64,000 nt of DNA from Macrostomum lignano (Eukaryota), in NCBI GenBank assembly GCA_002269645.1, contig NIVC01000542.1:1-64000 (forward strand), given 5' to 3'. The notes under the pieces are model-generated. The model was given only the letters and a program-made list of their open reading frames with translations. It made no database searches and was not told the origin of the DNA. Numbering within the stretch: position 1 is the first letter of the stretch; every line of letters starts with the position of its first letter. This document shows, one piece after another, positions 12,873 through 24,934 of this stretch. The translations under genes and the position numbers were made by a program.

Positions 12873-13278
12873 TAGATGGGCCACTCAGGCACATACTTAG
12901 CAAAACAGCTTTCTACTTTCAGTTCAGTAGCAAAGAAGAATATAGAAGCTATTTTATAAAAAGGCAGTTTAAAATGACTGATAAGTTTAGAAGCCCACAG
13001 AAGACGTAAACAACTTGCTAATTGGTTCACCCATAATGTACATTGGCCACTGGAATGTACATGGCAGCTTTAGGCTGGAATTCCGAGAACGGAAATAAAA
13101 TTGGTGGGGGGGGGCGGGCGAGGGGTAGTGTGGTGTGGAAAGGCGCGGTTGAAAGGTTGAAGCTGGTGGGTAAGAGCCAATAAATTGAGCCTTGACTTTA
13201 AAACACATCAAAATGCTTGTTTAACTTACTACTGAACTGAAAGTAGATTACACGCAAATGTGCTGAGTGGCCCATCTA
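12873..13278. mobile_element. MITE-like element with imperfect terminal inverted repeats of about 55 bp
   Basis: TAGATGGGCCACTCAG...CTACTTTCAGTTCAGTAG (12873-12930) is inverted at CTACTGAACTGAAAGTAG...CTGAGTGGCCCATCTA (13229-13278). No ORF inside. Confidence 0.6.
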
Positions 13279-13854
13279 ATTCTATTATAGTCTCGTTCTT
13301 CTTATCTCTCTCTTTCGTTGCCTTCTGGCTAACTGGATAAATGCAAAAGCCGTGTATCAGGAGGCTCAATTGAGACGGTTTCAATGCCAATTTTGCTTGG
13401 TCTTTTAAATAATTTGAATCAGAAATGATATTTCGGTTCCGGAGTTTTATTACTTTAAGATATCCGGGGTGAAAGCATCTCATTGACGTCTGGAGTGTTA
13501 GTGAGGTAAAAAACCATTCAACACGAGTCCCGAGTAAGCATATAAATCATCTATTCAATCAACTAATGTGAAGTTTAGCTTTTCAAATACAGACGCATAT
13601 GTAATCATAAATTACTTTTACATGTAAGAAATAAAGTGAAGAGAGCAGGCAGAATTTGATTAATTTGTTTTTTATAGAGAGAATCCAATCCAATCCAAAA
13701 AATCAATAATCGAACGCAAGTTCAGAGTAAGCAGGTTTGGGGCGCACAGGTCAGAGTTACCTGCACAGCTTATACCCGCAACTGCTAATAAGACACAGCG
13801 ACAAGGAATTGCGTCATACTCGTGCGGGAATTCTCGGGCAGCATCGGGCCGGGC

Positions 13855-16028
13855 TCACTTCTTAGCCGCCGGCGGCGCCTTGCTGCCATAGAGAATGCGG
13901 TTCATCTGCGTGTTCTGCTCGTCCATCTTGGCGTTCGTCTTGTCCGTCTTCACCGACATTCGCTCCAGCTGCGAGTTCTGCCTGTCGATCTCGCCGCCCA
14001 GCCCCATGGCCAGCTGCTTCAGCCGGCCCATGCCATGCTCCATCTCGCCCAGGTTTTCGCTGAACGCCCTGTCGTAGGAGGTCTGCGGCTGCTGCCGCTG
14101 CTGCTGCTGCTGGTAGCCGGCGGCCCCCGTGGCTGCGGCGCCAAAGGATGCCGCGGGCTCCTGGCGGCGAACGTGGAATGGAACAGCTGCTGTGAGACTG
14201 GAGACTGGACGCTCAGCAGTTCTCACCATTGAGACACTCAGCAGTCTCCCCATTGAGACACTCGGCAGTCTCCCCATTGAGACACTCAGCAGTCTCCCCA
14301 TTGAGACACTCAGCAGTCTCCCCATTGAGACACTCAGTCTCCCCATTGAGACACTCAGCAGTCTCCCCATTGAGACACTCAGTCTCCCCATTGAGACGCT
14401 CAGCAGTTCTCACCATTGAGACACTCAGCAGTCTCCCCATTGAGACACTCGGCAGTCTCCCCATTGAGACACTCAGCAGTCTCACCATTGAGACACTCAG
14501 CAGTCTCCCCATTGAGACACTCAGCAGTCTCACCATTGAGACACTCAGCAGTCTCACCATTGAGACACTCAGCAGTCTCACCATTGAGACACTCAGCAGT
14601 CTCACCATTGAGACACTCAGCAGTCTCACCATTGAGACACTCAGCAGTCTCACCATTGAGACACTCAGCAGTCTCACCATTGAGACACTCAGCAGTCTCC
14701 CCATTGAGACACTCAGTCTCCCCATTGAGACACTCAGCAGTCTCACCATTGAGACACTCAGCAGTCTCCCCATTGAGACACTCAGCAGTCTCCCCATAGA
14801 CACTCAGCAGTCTCGCCAGAAACCCAAATCTCACATGGGACACTAATAAATTTCAATTAGAGACACAGGAAACCCGAAATCTCAAAGTCCCCAAAGCTCA
14901 CCTGGGCAGCGACTCTCCTGGCCTCGGCGGTGGAGCTGACGGCCATGGCCTTGTCAAGGCTGGCGCCGGCGGGCTCGTACTGCTGCGCTGGCTGCTGGCG
15001 CTTCTTGGCCGAGTCGCCGCGGAACCAGTTCTTGACGCCGCCGAACATCGAGCTCAGGCTATTGATGTGGCCCTGCGATTCCTTCTGGACGGCCTCGATG
15101 TGGTCCAGCTTCTCCTCTGTTCGGTTCAGCACCTCGCCCTGCCTGACCAGCTCTTGGGCGGTGTCCACGCCCATGCTCTCGCTGCTGTAAATTGACTGAA
15201 GAGCCCGCCGTTGCGTCTCCAGCTGCCGGCTTTGCGAGGCCTGCAAGCCGGCATCAAAGGTGCACAAGCACATGTAATTTGAGTCTGCAGTGTTTAACTT
15301 CTCCTAGCCTCGCATACTGATGCATTCCCCAATCACAGAAGCCTCCCCCAGTCTTCTCCTCCCTTCGCTCCGGTCGTCTTATCCTCTGTCGATTTAAAAC
15401 TCGTCTCGACTCTTATTTTTGTCCCTTGCCTGTCCCTCTCCTAGTCTTATCTACTTCCAGACTCCCTCCACCCCATCTGCCCCAGTCTCCCTCCACCCCA
15501 TCTGCCCCAGTCTCCCTCCACCCCATCTGCCCCAGTCTCCCTCCACCCCATCTGCCCCAGACTCCCTCCACCCCATCTGCCCCAGACTCCCTCCACCCCA
15601 TCTGCCCCAGACTCCCTCCATCCCATCTGCCCCAGACTCCCTCCACCCCATCTGCCCCAGTCTCCCTCCACCCCATCTGCCCCAGTCTCCCTCCACCCCA
15701 TCTGCCCCAGACTCCCTCCACCCCATCTGCCCCAGTCTCCCTCCACCCCATCTGCCCCAGTCTCCCTCCACCCCATCTGCCCCAGACTCCCTCCACCCCA
15801 TCTCGCCAGTCTTCCCACCGATCCTCCGCGGTGACAGCAGCCGCTCACCTGCACCTGCTGCTGCACAGTCGACCGGCCTTCATAGCCGTAACCGCCGCCA
15901 GGATTGTAGGAGCCGAAGCTGCCAGCCTGCCGGTCCTGCCCAGTCTCGAACGGGTTCCGGCCGCCGCCGCCGCCAAGACTAAAGGGATTTTTATCCTCTG
16001 TGTAGAACGGGTTTCTGCTGTCAGACAT
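13855..16028 (-). CDS. SNAP29: Synaptosomal-associated protein 29 (Qbc-SNARE), about 274 aa
   Basis: Exons 16028-15849, 15240-14902 and 14160-13855, all phase 0 with GT-AG introns. N-terminal NPF motifs, first SNARE helix (QRRALQSIYSSESMGVDTAQELVRQGEVL), second SNARE helix (ENLGEMEHGMGRLKQLAMGLGGEIDRQNSQL), and no palmitoylation Cys cluster. Confidence 0.88.
14205..14810. repeat. Minisatellite, 24-bp unit (ACTCAGCAGTCTCCCCATTGAGAC) with 21-bp variants, SNAP29 intron 2
   Basis: Direct reading; about 25 copies. Confidence 0.95.
15460..15805. repeat. Minisatellite, 25-bp unit (CCCCATCTGCCCCAGTCTCCCTCCA), SNAP29 intron 1
   Basis: Direct reading; about 14 copies; G-rich on the sense (minus) strand. 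Confidence 0.95.
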
Positions 16029-16469
16029 TCCTACAGCTTGTCGCTGCAAATGGCGGCAGGAGAGAAAACTATGGGGGCTCTGCCAGCAAATAAGGCTCTC
16101 TATCTCTGTTTTAAAAGTAGGCTCACACCAGAACTGCGGTAGCCCCCGCTAGTGTACATTGCCCTCTGTCTCCAGAATATCTCTGCAAACAACCTCTATA
16201 CAAATACTGGTCTATTCTGATTCTAATAATAGCACAGACGTGCTCAGTGACTAAGCCTTTCCCTACCCGTAATTACGGCCCTCTTAAAAGAGCACCTCGT
16301 GACTCAATTTCGCTATTTGCAAACTGCATGGCTAACAACCTCGTATAAAAAATTCTAATAAGTCTACGCAGCTTTCAAAAATATGAATCATCTCAAATTA
16401 GTCAGACTCCAAACCGACTTGATGAAGCTTTAATTACGAGAAGCCCAGAAGCTGCTGCGATTGCAATTT

Positions 16470-16671
16470 AAACAAAACAAAACTTGCTAAGGAGACAAAG
16501 GGGGTCAAACAGGGTGGAAATGCACGCCAAGGCTCTCGAGTGTACAGCGGCCCCCTGCCGACTACTTATTTCCAAGAGAACGAACGCCAACTTAATGGGG
16601 CCGTGTGCGGACTCGAACCCGGGTAACCTTTACACGGGAGTCGGAGGCGTTGCGGCCGAGCTGCTCGGCCC
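16470..16671 (-). mobile_element. tRNA-derived element (pseudo-tRNA or SINE head)
   Basis: Minus strand 16671-16598 reads GGGCCG...GGGTTCGAGTCC...CGGCCC. The acceptor-stem halves pair and the B-box is intact, but the T-stem and anticodon stem pair poorly. A (TTTG)-like tail lies near 16470-16485. Confidence 0.5.
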
Positions 16672-16784
16672 TCTGAGCAGGGAGAACTTTTCTTTTTTTT
16701 CAATTGGAACCCTATGACCTTTTAGATCCCAAAACAATTAAATTAAATTAAATTAAAAAAAACAATGTCCAACTGGTCCAGGTC

Positions 16785-16990
16785 TAAATCCCTAATTGAA
16801 AATCCCATAATCCAGGTGTTAAATCCCTAATTGAATATCCCATCATCCAGGTGTTAAATCCCTAATTACAGATCCCATCATCCAGGTGTTAAATCCCTAA
16901 TTACAGATCCCATCATCCAGGTGTTAAATCCCTAATTACAGATCCCATAATCCAGGTGTTAAATCCCTAATTACAGATCCCATCATACAG
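16785..16990. repeat. Minisatellite, 35-bp unit (AAATCCCTAATTACAGATCCCATCATCCAGGTGTT), about 6 copies
   Basis: Direct reading; period 35 (16821/16856). Confidence 0.9.
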
Positions 16991-17178
16991 ATGTCAATCA
17001 CTATTCAATATCCCATCATCGAGGTTTTGGGATATTCAATGACTGACACATCAATGAATGACTGCAAAATGCTTCGCGCAAATCTCTCCGATATAAACAA
17101 AGGTCACTCGGCACCGCGCAGTGACCCAGCCAAAAGGCCAGCTACATGAAAGCCAGGTCAGTGAGCAGTTCTAAGAGG

Positions 17179-20101
17179 TCATTTTTCTGTCCTGCCAGCC
17201 AGCCGCTTAGCGAAGGTTTGCGCTACGATGAGCGGGAAGGCCAGCGTGGCGTCCGAGTAGACCTTCACAGGCCGCGCGTCCAGCCGGATTTTGCCCCAGC
17301 TGACGGCCTCGTCGGGCCTGGCGCCGGAGTCGCTGCCATCGAACTCCTGGCCGGTGTTGATGAACACGGCAAAGTTGGCCCCGTTGCGCATGAGGTTGGC
17401 ATTGCAGGTGTGGTGCTTCACGACCCCGCCGCCCAGCACTATCATGCCGGTGTTGCGGGCGAACACCGCCTGGCTGTTCACCAGCCGGATGTCCTCGATG
17501 GCGTCCAGGACGAGGCCGGGACTGCGGTAGCTGTGAAAGTACAGCACGTCGCCGCACGCGCCGTCTGTGATGGACGGGCAGAACACAGGGATGCCGTTGC
17601 GGTGGCACCAGTAGAGCACCGACTCGGGGCTGTTGATCTCTCTGGAAGAATATATTGGCATTTTGCGTTTTGGCTACGTAAACAGTAGTTCAATAGCACT
17701 AATCTACATAAGTCACTCATTAGTCTCACCCATGAGTCGCTCAATAGTCTCACCCATGAGTCACTCAATAGTCTCACCCATGAGTCACTCAATAGTCTCA
17801 CCCATGAGACTATCATCCATGACAGGAATGCATAAAGGACTCAGGACAGGAATGCATAAAGGACTCAGGACAGGAATGGATAAAGGACTCAGGACAGGAA
17901 TGGATAACGGACTCAGCACAGGAATGCATAAAGGACTCAGGACAGGAATGCATAAAGGACTCAGGACAGGAATGCATAAAGGACTCAGGACAGGAATGCA
18001 TAAAGGACTCAGGACAGGAATGCATAACGGACTCAGGACAGGAATGCATAAAGGACTCAGGACAGGAATGCATAAAGGACTCAGGACAGGAATGCATGAA
18101 GAACTCAGGACAGGAATGCATGAAGGGCTCAGGACAGGAATGCATAAAGGACTCAGCACAGGAATGCATGAAGGACTCAGGACAGGAATGCATAAAGGAC
18201 TCAGGACAGGAATGCATAAGGACTCAGGACAGGAATGCATAAAGGACTCAGGACAGGAATGCATAAAGGACTCAGGACAGGAATGCATGGAGGACTCAGG
18301 ACAGGAATGCATGAAGGACTCAGGACAGGAATGCATGAAGGACTCAGGACAGGAATGCATGAAGGACTCAGGACAGGAATGCATGAAGGACTCAGGACAG
18401 GAATGCATGAAGGGCTCAGGACAGGAATGCATAAAGGACTCAGGACAGGAATGCATAAAGGACTCAGGACAGGAATGCATGAAGGACTCAGGACAGGAAT
18501 GCATGAAGGGCTCAGGACAGGAATGCATAAAGGACTCAGGACAGGAATGCATGAAGGACTCAGGACAGGAATGCATGATGGACTCAGGACAGGAATGCAT
18601 AAAGGACTCAGGACAGGAACGCATGCAAGTCTCAGTTAAGAAGAGCCCCACCTGCCTAGGCGGTGAATGAGCTTAGATGGAGTCCAGTTGATTTTCTGCT
18701 CATTCTGCTCAGCCAGCATGACGTCAAGGATGGGCACCAGCCAGGACTCGAACGCGCAGTAGTTTTTGTTCGGCACCAGCAGGTTGCCGATCCGGTTGAT
18801 GCCGGCCTGACGCAGCTGCGCGCCCGGCCAGCGATGGAAGTCGCCGATGTAGGTGGGGTGCATGCACTTGATGAGGTCCTCCTCCACGGCGCCGCCGGTG
18901 GTGACGAGCACGTCAACCAGGTTGTGCTCGACCAGGTAGCGAATTGACTCGCGTACGCCGCTGGAGATCATGTTGGACGTGAAGGCCAAGAATATGGTGC
19001 AGTTCGTGCGGGCCCGGCCGTATGGATTCGGGTTGGACACCTCCGAGTCTCCATTGGCGGCTGCGGCACCCGCGGCTTCCTCCGGCTTGGCAAACTTGCA
19101 GTCGAGCATTCGGTTGATTTCGTCTATGGCCAGCGACAGGTTGGTGCCCTGCGGGTGAATCAATCGTATCTACCTGCCGATCTACAGTATCTACCTGCTG
19201 ATCTATTTACAGTATCTAACTGCCAATCTTCTACAGCATCTACCTGCCGATCTACAGTATCTACCTGCCGATCTACAGTATCTACCTGCCGATCTACAGT
19301 ATCTACCTGCCGATCTACAGTATCTACCTGCCGATCTACAGTATCTACCTGCCGATCTACAGTATCTACCTGCCGATCTACAGTATCTACCTGCCGATCT
19401 ACTTACAGTATCTACCTGCCGATCTATTTACAGTATCTAACTGCCGATCTACAGTATCTACCTGCCGACCTATCTACAGTATCTAACTGCCGATCTACAG
19501 TATCTACCTGCCGATCTACAGTATCTACCTGCCGATCTGCGGTATCTAACTGGCCGATCTATTTACAGTATCTAACTGCCAATCTACAGTATCTACCTGC
19601 CGACCTATCTACAGTATCTAACTGCCGATCTACAGTATCTACCTGCCGATCTGCGGTATCTAACTGCCGATCTATTTACAGTATCTAACTGCCAATCTAC
19701 AGTATCTACCTGCCGACCTATCTACAGTATCTAACTGCCGATCTACAGTATCTACCTGCCGATCTGCGGTATCTAACTGCCGATCTATTTACAGTATCTA
19801 ACTGCCAATCTACAGTATCTACCTGCCGACCTATCTACAGTATCTAACCGCCCATTTAACTACTGAACTGCAGCATCTAACTACTGAACTGCAGCACCTA
19901 CAGGGTAAGTAAGCAGAAAAGGTAAACATGAAGACTTACCTGAAAGCCTGTGGTGGCAAATGATTTCATCAGTGCTTCCAGTGACAGCCCGTCAGGCGCA
20001 TTGAAGTCGTGACCCTTGACCGGCGTGTCCACGTCTTCTGGCAGCTGGCCGGACTGCATCAGCACAGCCTGCTGGCTGATCTGCGGCGGCTGCTGAGACA
20101 T
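17179..20101 (-). CDS. DHPS: Deoxyhypusine synthase, 373 aa
   Basis: Exons 20101-19940, 19148-18652 and 17641-17179 sum to 1122 nt. Family motifs: TTGFQ|[69 protein letters not shown]. Confidence 0.95.
17715..18630. repeat. Two adjacent 24-bp minisatellites in DHPS intron 2 (TAGTCTCACCCATGAGTCACTCAA about 4 copies; GACAGGAATGCATAAAGGACTCAG about 33 copies)
   Basis: Direct reading. Confidence 0.95.
19167..19845. repeat. Minisatellite, 21-bp unit (GTATCTACCTGCCGATCTACA) with length variants, DHPS intron 1
   Basis: Direct reading; about 30 copies. Confidence 0.95.
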
Positions 20102-20224
20102 GGCTGAAGTGTCCGGGGAGTGCTTGAGAATGTACTTCTTTATCAAGTATTGCAACTGTCTTCGGTTCTAGTCAAAAAATTGCTAGGCAAAATACTTTAG
20201 AATGTTTTAGCATCATTTTACAGT

Positions 20225-20750
20225 ATTACAGTGAATATAGCAGTCGTAGTAGTATTAGTAGTAGTATCAGTATTAGTAATAGTAGTAGTAGTAGTATGAG
20301 TAGTATTAGTAGTATTAGCAGTATTAGCAGCAGTAGTAGTAGTAGTAGTAGAAGTAGTAGTACTAGTAGAAGTAGTAGTAGTAGTAGTATCAGTAGTAGT
20401 AATAGTAGTAGTAGTATTAATAGCAGTAGTATTAGTAGTAGTAGTGTTAGTAGTAGTAGTAGTAGAAGTAGTAGTAGTATTAGTATCAGTAGCAGTAATA
20501 GTAGTAGTGGTATTAGTAGTATTAGTATTAGTAGTAGTAGTATTAGTATTAGTAGTAGTGGTATTAGTAGTAGTAGTATTAGTATTAGTAGTATTAGTAG
20601 TAGTAGTATTAGTAGTAGTATTAGTAGTAGTATTAATATTAGTAGTATTAGTAGTAGTAGTATTAGTAGTAGTATTAGTAGTAGTATTAGTATTAGTAGT
20701 ATTAGTAGTAGTAGTATTAGTAGTAGTATTAGTAGTAGTAGTAGTAGTAC
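20225..20750. repeat. (AGT)n microsatellite with ATT interruptions, between MFSD9-like and DHPS
   Basis: Direct reading. Confidence 0.97.
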
Positions 20751-21233
20751 TAATTGTAGTAGAATATTATTTTTACTACACATTGGCATCCACGCTCAAG
20801 AGTCCGTGCTGTACCTTGCCAGGAAAGGTGGGCAGCAAAGTAATAAAAAACAAGTAAAAAACATTTTTGATTATGTTTGTTTATATTTTTGTCAAAACGA
20901 GAGATAAACAACGGAACATTGTGATTTTGTAGATTTTGTGCGATTCTGTGCAAAATCAGATCAGGAAAGACAGCTGGAAGTGCGGGCAAAGCGCCTGGCA
21001 CTTGGAATAATGCTCATACTGGGAACCAATGAAAATCAGGAACTCAAAGTTGGATCGCATCCCTTCCTGCCGTTCCTGGTGGTTAATTAAAATTATTCTA
21101 ACAGAAAATTACGATTAAAAAATCTATACAGACTACTTGCGCTTGCAATGCAGTAGGCAGGTAGCAAATTTTATAGCTTAAAATTTCAGATAAAAACTGG
21201 GGTGAAGACTCTAAAAACTGGGGTGAAGACTCG

Positions 21234-22515
21234 TCAGCGCGACTTCCGATCCGCATCCGGACAGCCAGCGGCCAGCCGTCCTCGCCGGCTCTGCAGCCAG
21301 TTAACCGCGGGAGCCGCGGCGGCCAGCGGGCAGGCCAGGCAGACGGAGATCAGCGCTGCAGCCGGCTGGCTCGGAGCTTCGTGGCCGGGCAGCGCGGCTT
21401 CGACGCAGCCGCCGAGCAGCGGAGCGAGCAGGCGGGCCAGCGAGTTCACCGACTGCGAGGCGGCCATAGCGTCGGTCAGGGCGGCCTCGGGACAGGCGAA
21501 GGACGAGCTGACAAGCCGGCAGCGCAGCAGGGTCGGGTAGGCGTCCCTGGCCAGGCCGTTGAAGAAGCTCAGCGGGGCCTGGGCGGCGGCGAACTGTGCC
21601 AGGCTGGTGACGAGACCCGAGGAGGCCAGTGAGAGGCAGGCGGCCTGGCCGGTGGCTGCCAGCAGCACCAGGCGGTCGGGGCCGAGGCCAGTGGCCGACT
21701 GCAGCGGCCCGACGACTAGGCCGGACAGCAGGCCGGAGACGGCGCCCAGCGAGGTGGCGAGGCCCGCGCCGGCGGACGAGGCAGAGAAGCGCGAGTTCAG
21801 CGCCAGGGCGAAGTTGTGCCGGAACAGCTGAGCGGCCAGCGACATCGGCAGCTGCAGCGTCAGCAGGTCGGCCACGGCCAGCGCCGAGGAGGTCGGAGTC
21901 GGCCTAGAACTCCGACCGGATGACTTCGGCGCCACCTCGGCAGCTGGCGCTGCTGCCGACACCGCGGTCGCGATGCCGACAGTCAAAAAGCCGACGCAGG
22001 CGAGGCCGGTCACCAGGCGAAAGCCGCCAAAGTCGAAGGCGACCCCGCCGACCATGGGCCCGACGATGAAGCCGAGGGAGGACAGCGTCGAGTGCGAGCC
22101 GAGCAGACGGATCCGGCGACTTTCGCTGACGTCAGGCGACGAGGCGAGCTGCGTCCGCTGCAGAGTCTGGGTGTGCTTGAACAGAGCCGTGATGAGGCGG
22201 AGGCTGGCTAGGCTGGGGAAGTCGGGCGGCCCGAGGCCCAACGCCAGGTAGCCCGCGGCGGAGGCCACGCAGCAAAGGCTGTGGGCGTTGCGGGCGCCGA
22301 ACCGGCGAACCAGGCGGCCCTGGGAGGAGGGAGGGCGCGAATTGGGAAGCCTAACTGAGCTGGGCTGGGAATGGGAAACTGAGACCAAGACTGACAGACT
22401 CAAGAGAAACCATCGGGTAGGGTTGCTCGCTTAACAACAATCAAGCAATGAAGCAATGAAGCAATGTTGATCAAGAGAAACCAGCAGACACAGACAGGCA
22501 GGCAGGCAGGAAGGC

Positions 22516-22548
<33 letters not shown>

Positions 22549-22556
22549 GGCCGGCA

Positions 22557-22601
<45 letters not shown>

Positions 22602-23095
22602 ACAGACACAGACAGGCAGACAGACAGACAGACAGACAGGCAGGCAGGCAGGCAGGCAGACAGACAGGCAGACAGACAGACAGACAGACAGGCAGACAGA
22701 CAGACAGGCAGGCAGGCAGACAGACACAGACAGGCAGACAGACAGGCAGACAGGCAGACAGGCAGACAGACAGACAGGCAGGCAGGCAGGCAGGCAGACA
22801 GACAGACAGGCAGACAGACAGGCAGACAGACAGGCAGACAGACAGACAGGCAGATAGGCAGGCAGGCAGACAGACACAGACAGGCAGACAGACAGGCAGA
22901 CAGGCAGACAGGCAGGAAGGCAGACAGACAGACAGACAGGCAGGCAGGCAGACAGGTAGGCAGGCAGGCAGGCAGGCAGGCAGACAGACACAGACAGGCA
23001 GACAGACAGACAGACAGACAGACAGACAGGCAGGCAGGCAGGCAGGCAGACAGACAGACAGACAGGCAGACAGACAGACAGACAAACAGACAGGC

Positions 23096-23128
<33 letters not shown>

Positions 23129-23135
23129 GGCAGGC

Positions 23136-23176
<41 letters not shown>

Positions 23177-23670
23177 GGCAGACAGACAGACAGACAGACA
23201 GGCAGGCAGACAGGCAGACAGACAAACAGACAGACAGGCAGACAGACACACAGACAGACAGGCAGACAGACAGTACACAGCAAAAGACTCACGCAAATCG
23301 AGCTTGAAAAAATCTGCACAGCTCCGTACTCGGACTCTGAAAAATCAAAGTTTCCCAGTAATGTCTCACTAAGATTGAAGCAACACGAATACTACTAATA
23401 GTAGTAAAATATTCGAGTAGTTTATTGGCTTACGAAACAATCCCATGTAGAACGGAGCCATGTCGATTTGTTTCAGGTGAATGGGCAGGCAGGTGATGAC
23501 CATGCTGACGCAGAACAGGTCCTGAGCAAATTACGAGTAAATGAAGGTAAGATAAGGCCGATGAGCCACGCTACAGCGCACTTGAGCAGTGAACTCACCG
23601 CAAAGCCTGCCAGGCACAGTAGAAACTGCCGCCTGTCAGATTGCGCCAGCTCAGCGACAAATAAGCCGGC
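21234..23670 (-). CDS. MFSD9: Major facilitator superfamily transporter, MFSD9-like, about 430 aa; no genomic ATG found
   Basis: Exons 23670-23599, 23521-23434, 23336-23293 and 22319-21234 are phase-consistent (1290 nt). They give AGLFVAELAQSDRRQFLLCLAGFA|DLFCVSMVITCLPIHLKQ...GLF|QSEYGAVQIFSSSIC|GRLVRRFG...LGFIVGPMVGG, which matches the MFSD9 N-terminal pattern as I recall it (DLFGVSM...YGILQLFSS) and MFS motif C. Confidence 0.75.
22485..23275. repeat. (CAGA/CAGG)n microsatellite, MFSD9-like intron 3
   Basis: Direct reading. Confidence 0.97.
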
Positions 23671-23719
23671 CTGAAGTTGAGGGGCGGTGGGCGAATGGCG
23701 AACGTTACGGGCAATCGTC

Positions 23720-24120
23720 AAGGGATAAGGGTGATTCTCATGGGACAAGGGGTGATTCTCATGGGACAAGGGGTGATTCTCATGGGACAAGGGGTGATTC
23801 TCATGGGACAAGGGGTGATTCTCATGGGACAAGGGGTGATTCTCATGGGACAAGGGGTGATTCTCATGGGATAAGGGGGGTTGCTCATGGGGTAAGGGGG
23901 GTTGCTCATAGGGTAAGGGGGTTGCTCATGGGGTAAGGGGGGTTGCTCATGGGGTAATTCGTGACTCTCATGGGATAAGGGATAAGGGGTGATTCTCATG
24001 GGATAAGGGATAAGGGGTGCTCCTCATGGGATAACGGGTGATTCTCATGGGATAACGGGTGATCCTGATGGGATAGGGATAGAGGGTGGTTCTCATGGAA
24101 TACTCGTACGGGTTGATTAT
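23720..24120. repeat. Minisatellite, 21-bp unit (GGGTGATTCTCATGGGACAAG), degenerating rightward
   Basis: Direct reading. Confidence 0.9.
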
Positions 24121-24934
24121 CATGGGATAATAAATGAGCGATTTTTCACGCCAAAAGTTTCAAGGGATAAAAGACGATTCTCAATGGACAATTGGCGACC
24201 CCATTTTGCTAGGAGTTCGAAAAGTTAAAATAAAGTCCAATTCGATTGAATCAGTTATTAATAACGAAAGATTTGATGACAGTTGTTAAATATATATTTA
24301 TCTATAGCTAATTGAAAATTCGTATCGAATAAAGATACGATAGCTAGTTAAACTAAATCACTACTTGACTCGCGCGGTTTCTAAAGCACAAAAAATCAAT
24401 TCCAATCCCGCCTTCCCCATCGCAACTGGCAACTAAAATTAGAGTTTTAAAAAGCCAGAGACCGGGTCGATCTGCTGGCTTATAACAAAAAAGGTCAAAG
24501 GGAAGACAAAGAGTCAAATTTGAAAACAAAACTCTGTCCAACCGCTGCTAAGCTACCGAATCGCTAAGAAAACACAGCATATCAAAGTGGGAATCGTGGC
24601 GCCATAATGATTGCAGACTAACAGAAATCTATTTTTAGAACAGAAAATCAATTACACAAGCCACTCCGAGGTGAAACAACATGCTCAGAAAGATTGAAAT
24701 GAGAATGCTCAAAAATAGCAAAACGTCTAATAACTAGCGCTAGAACTGTTAATGGCGGAGAACCGGGATTTCCTGGCTGAAGCTAGTGATGCTGGGCAAG
24801 GGATGCGGTGCTGTTGGTCTTGAAGCAAAATATGGGAAAAATTAAGCATAAAAAAGATAAATATTTGTACTTCTAAGACAAATTGTTAGCGAAAAAATCA
24901 TTGCCAGTCATTATTGGGCAGATAAGACATAGGA

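Noticed and set aside
16598-16671. Functional tRNA gene
   Set aside because: The T-stem has only about 2 pairs and the anticodon stem does not pair; kept only as a tRNA-derived element.
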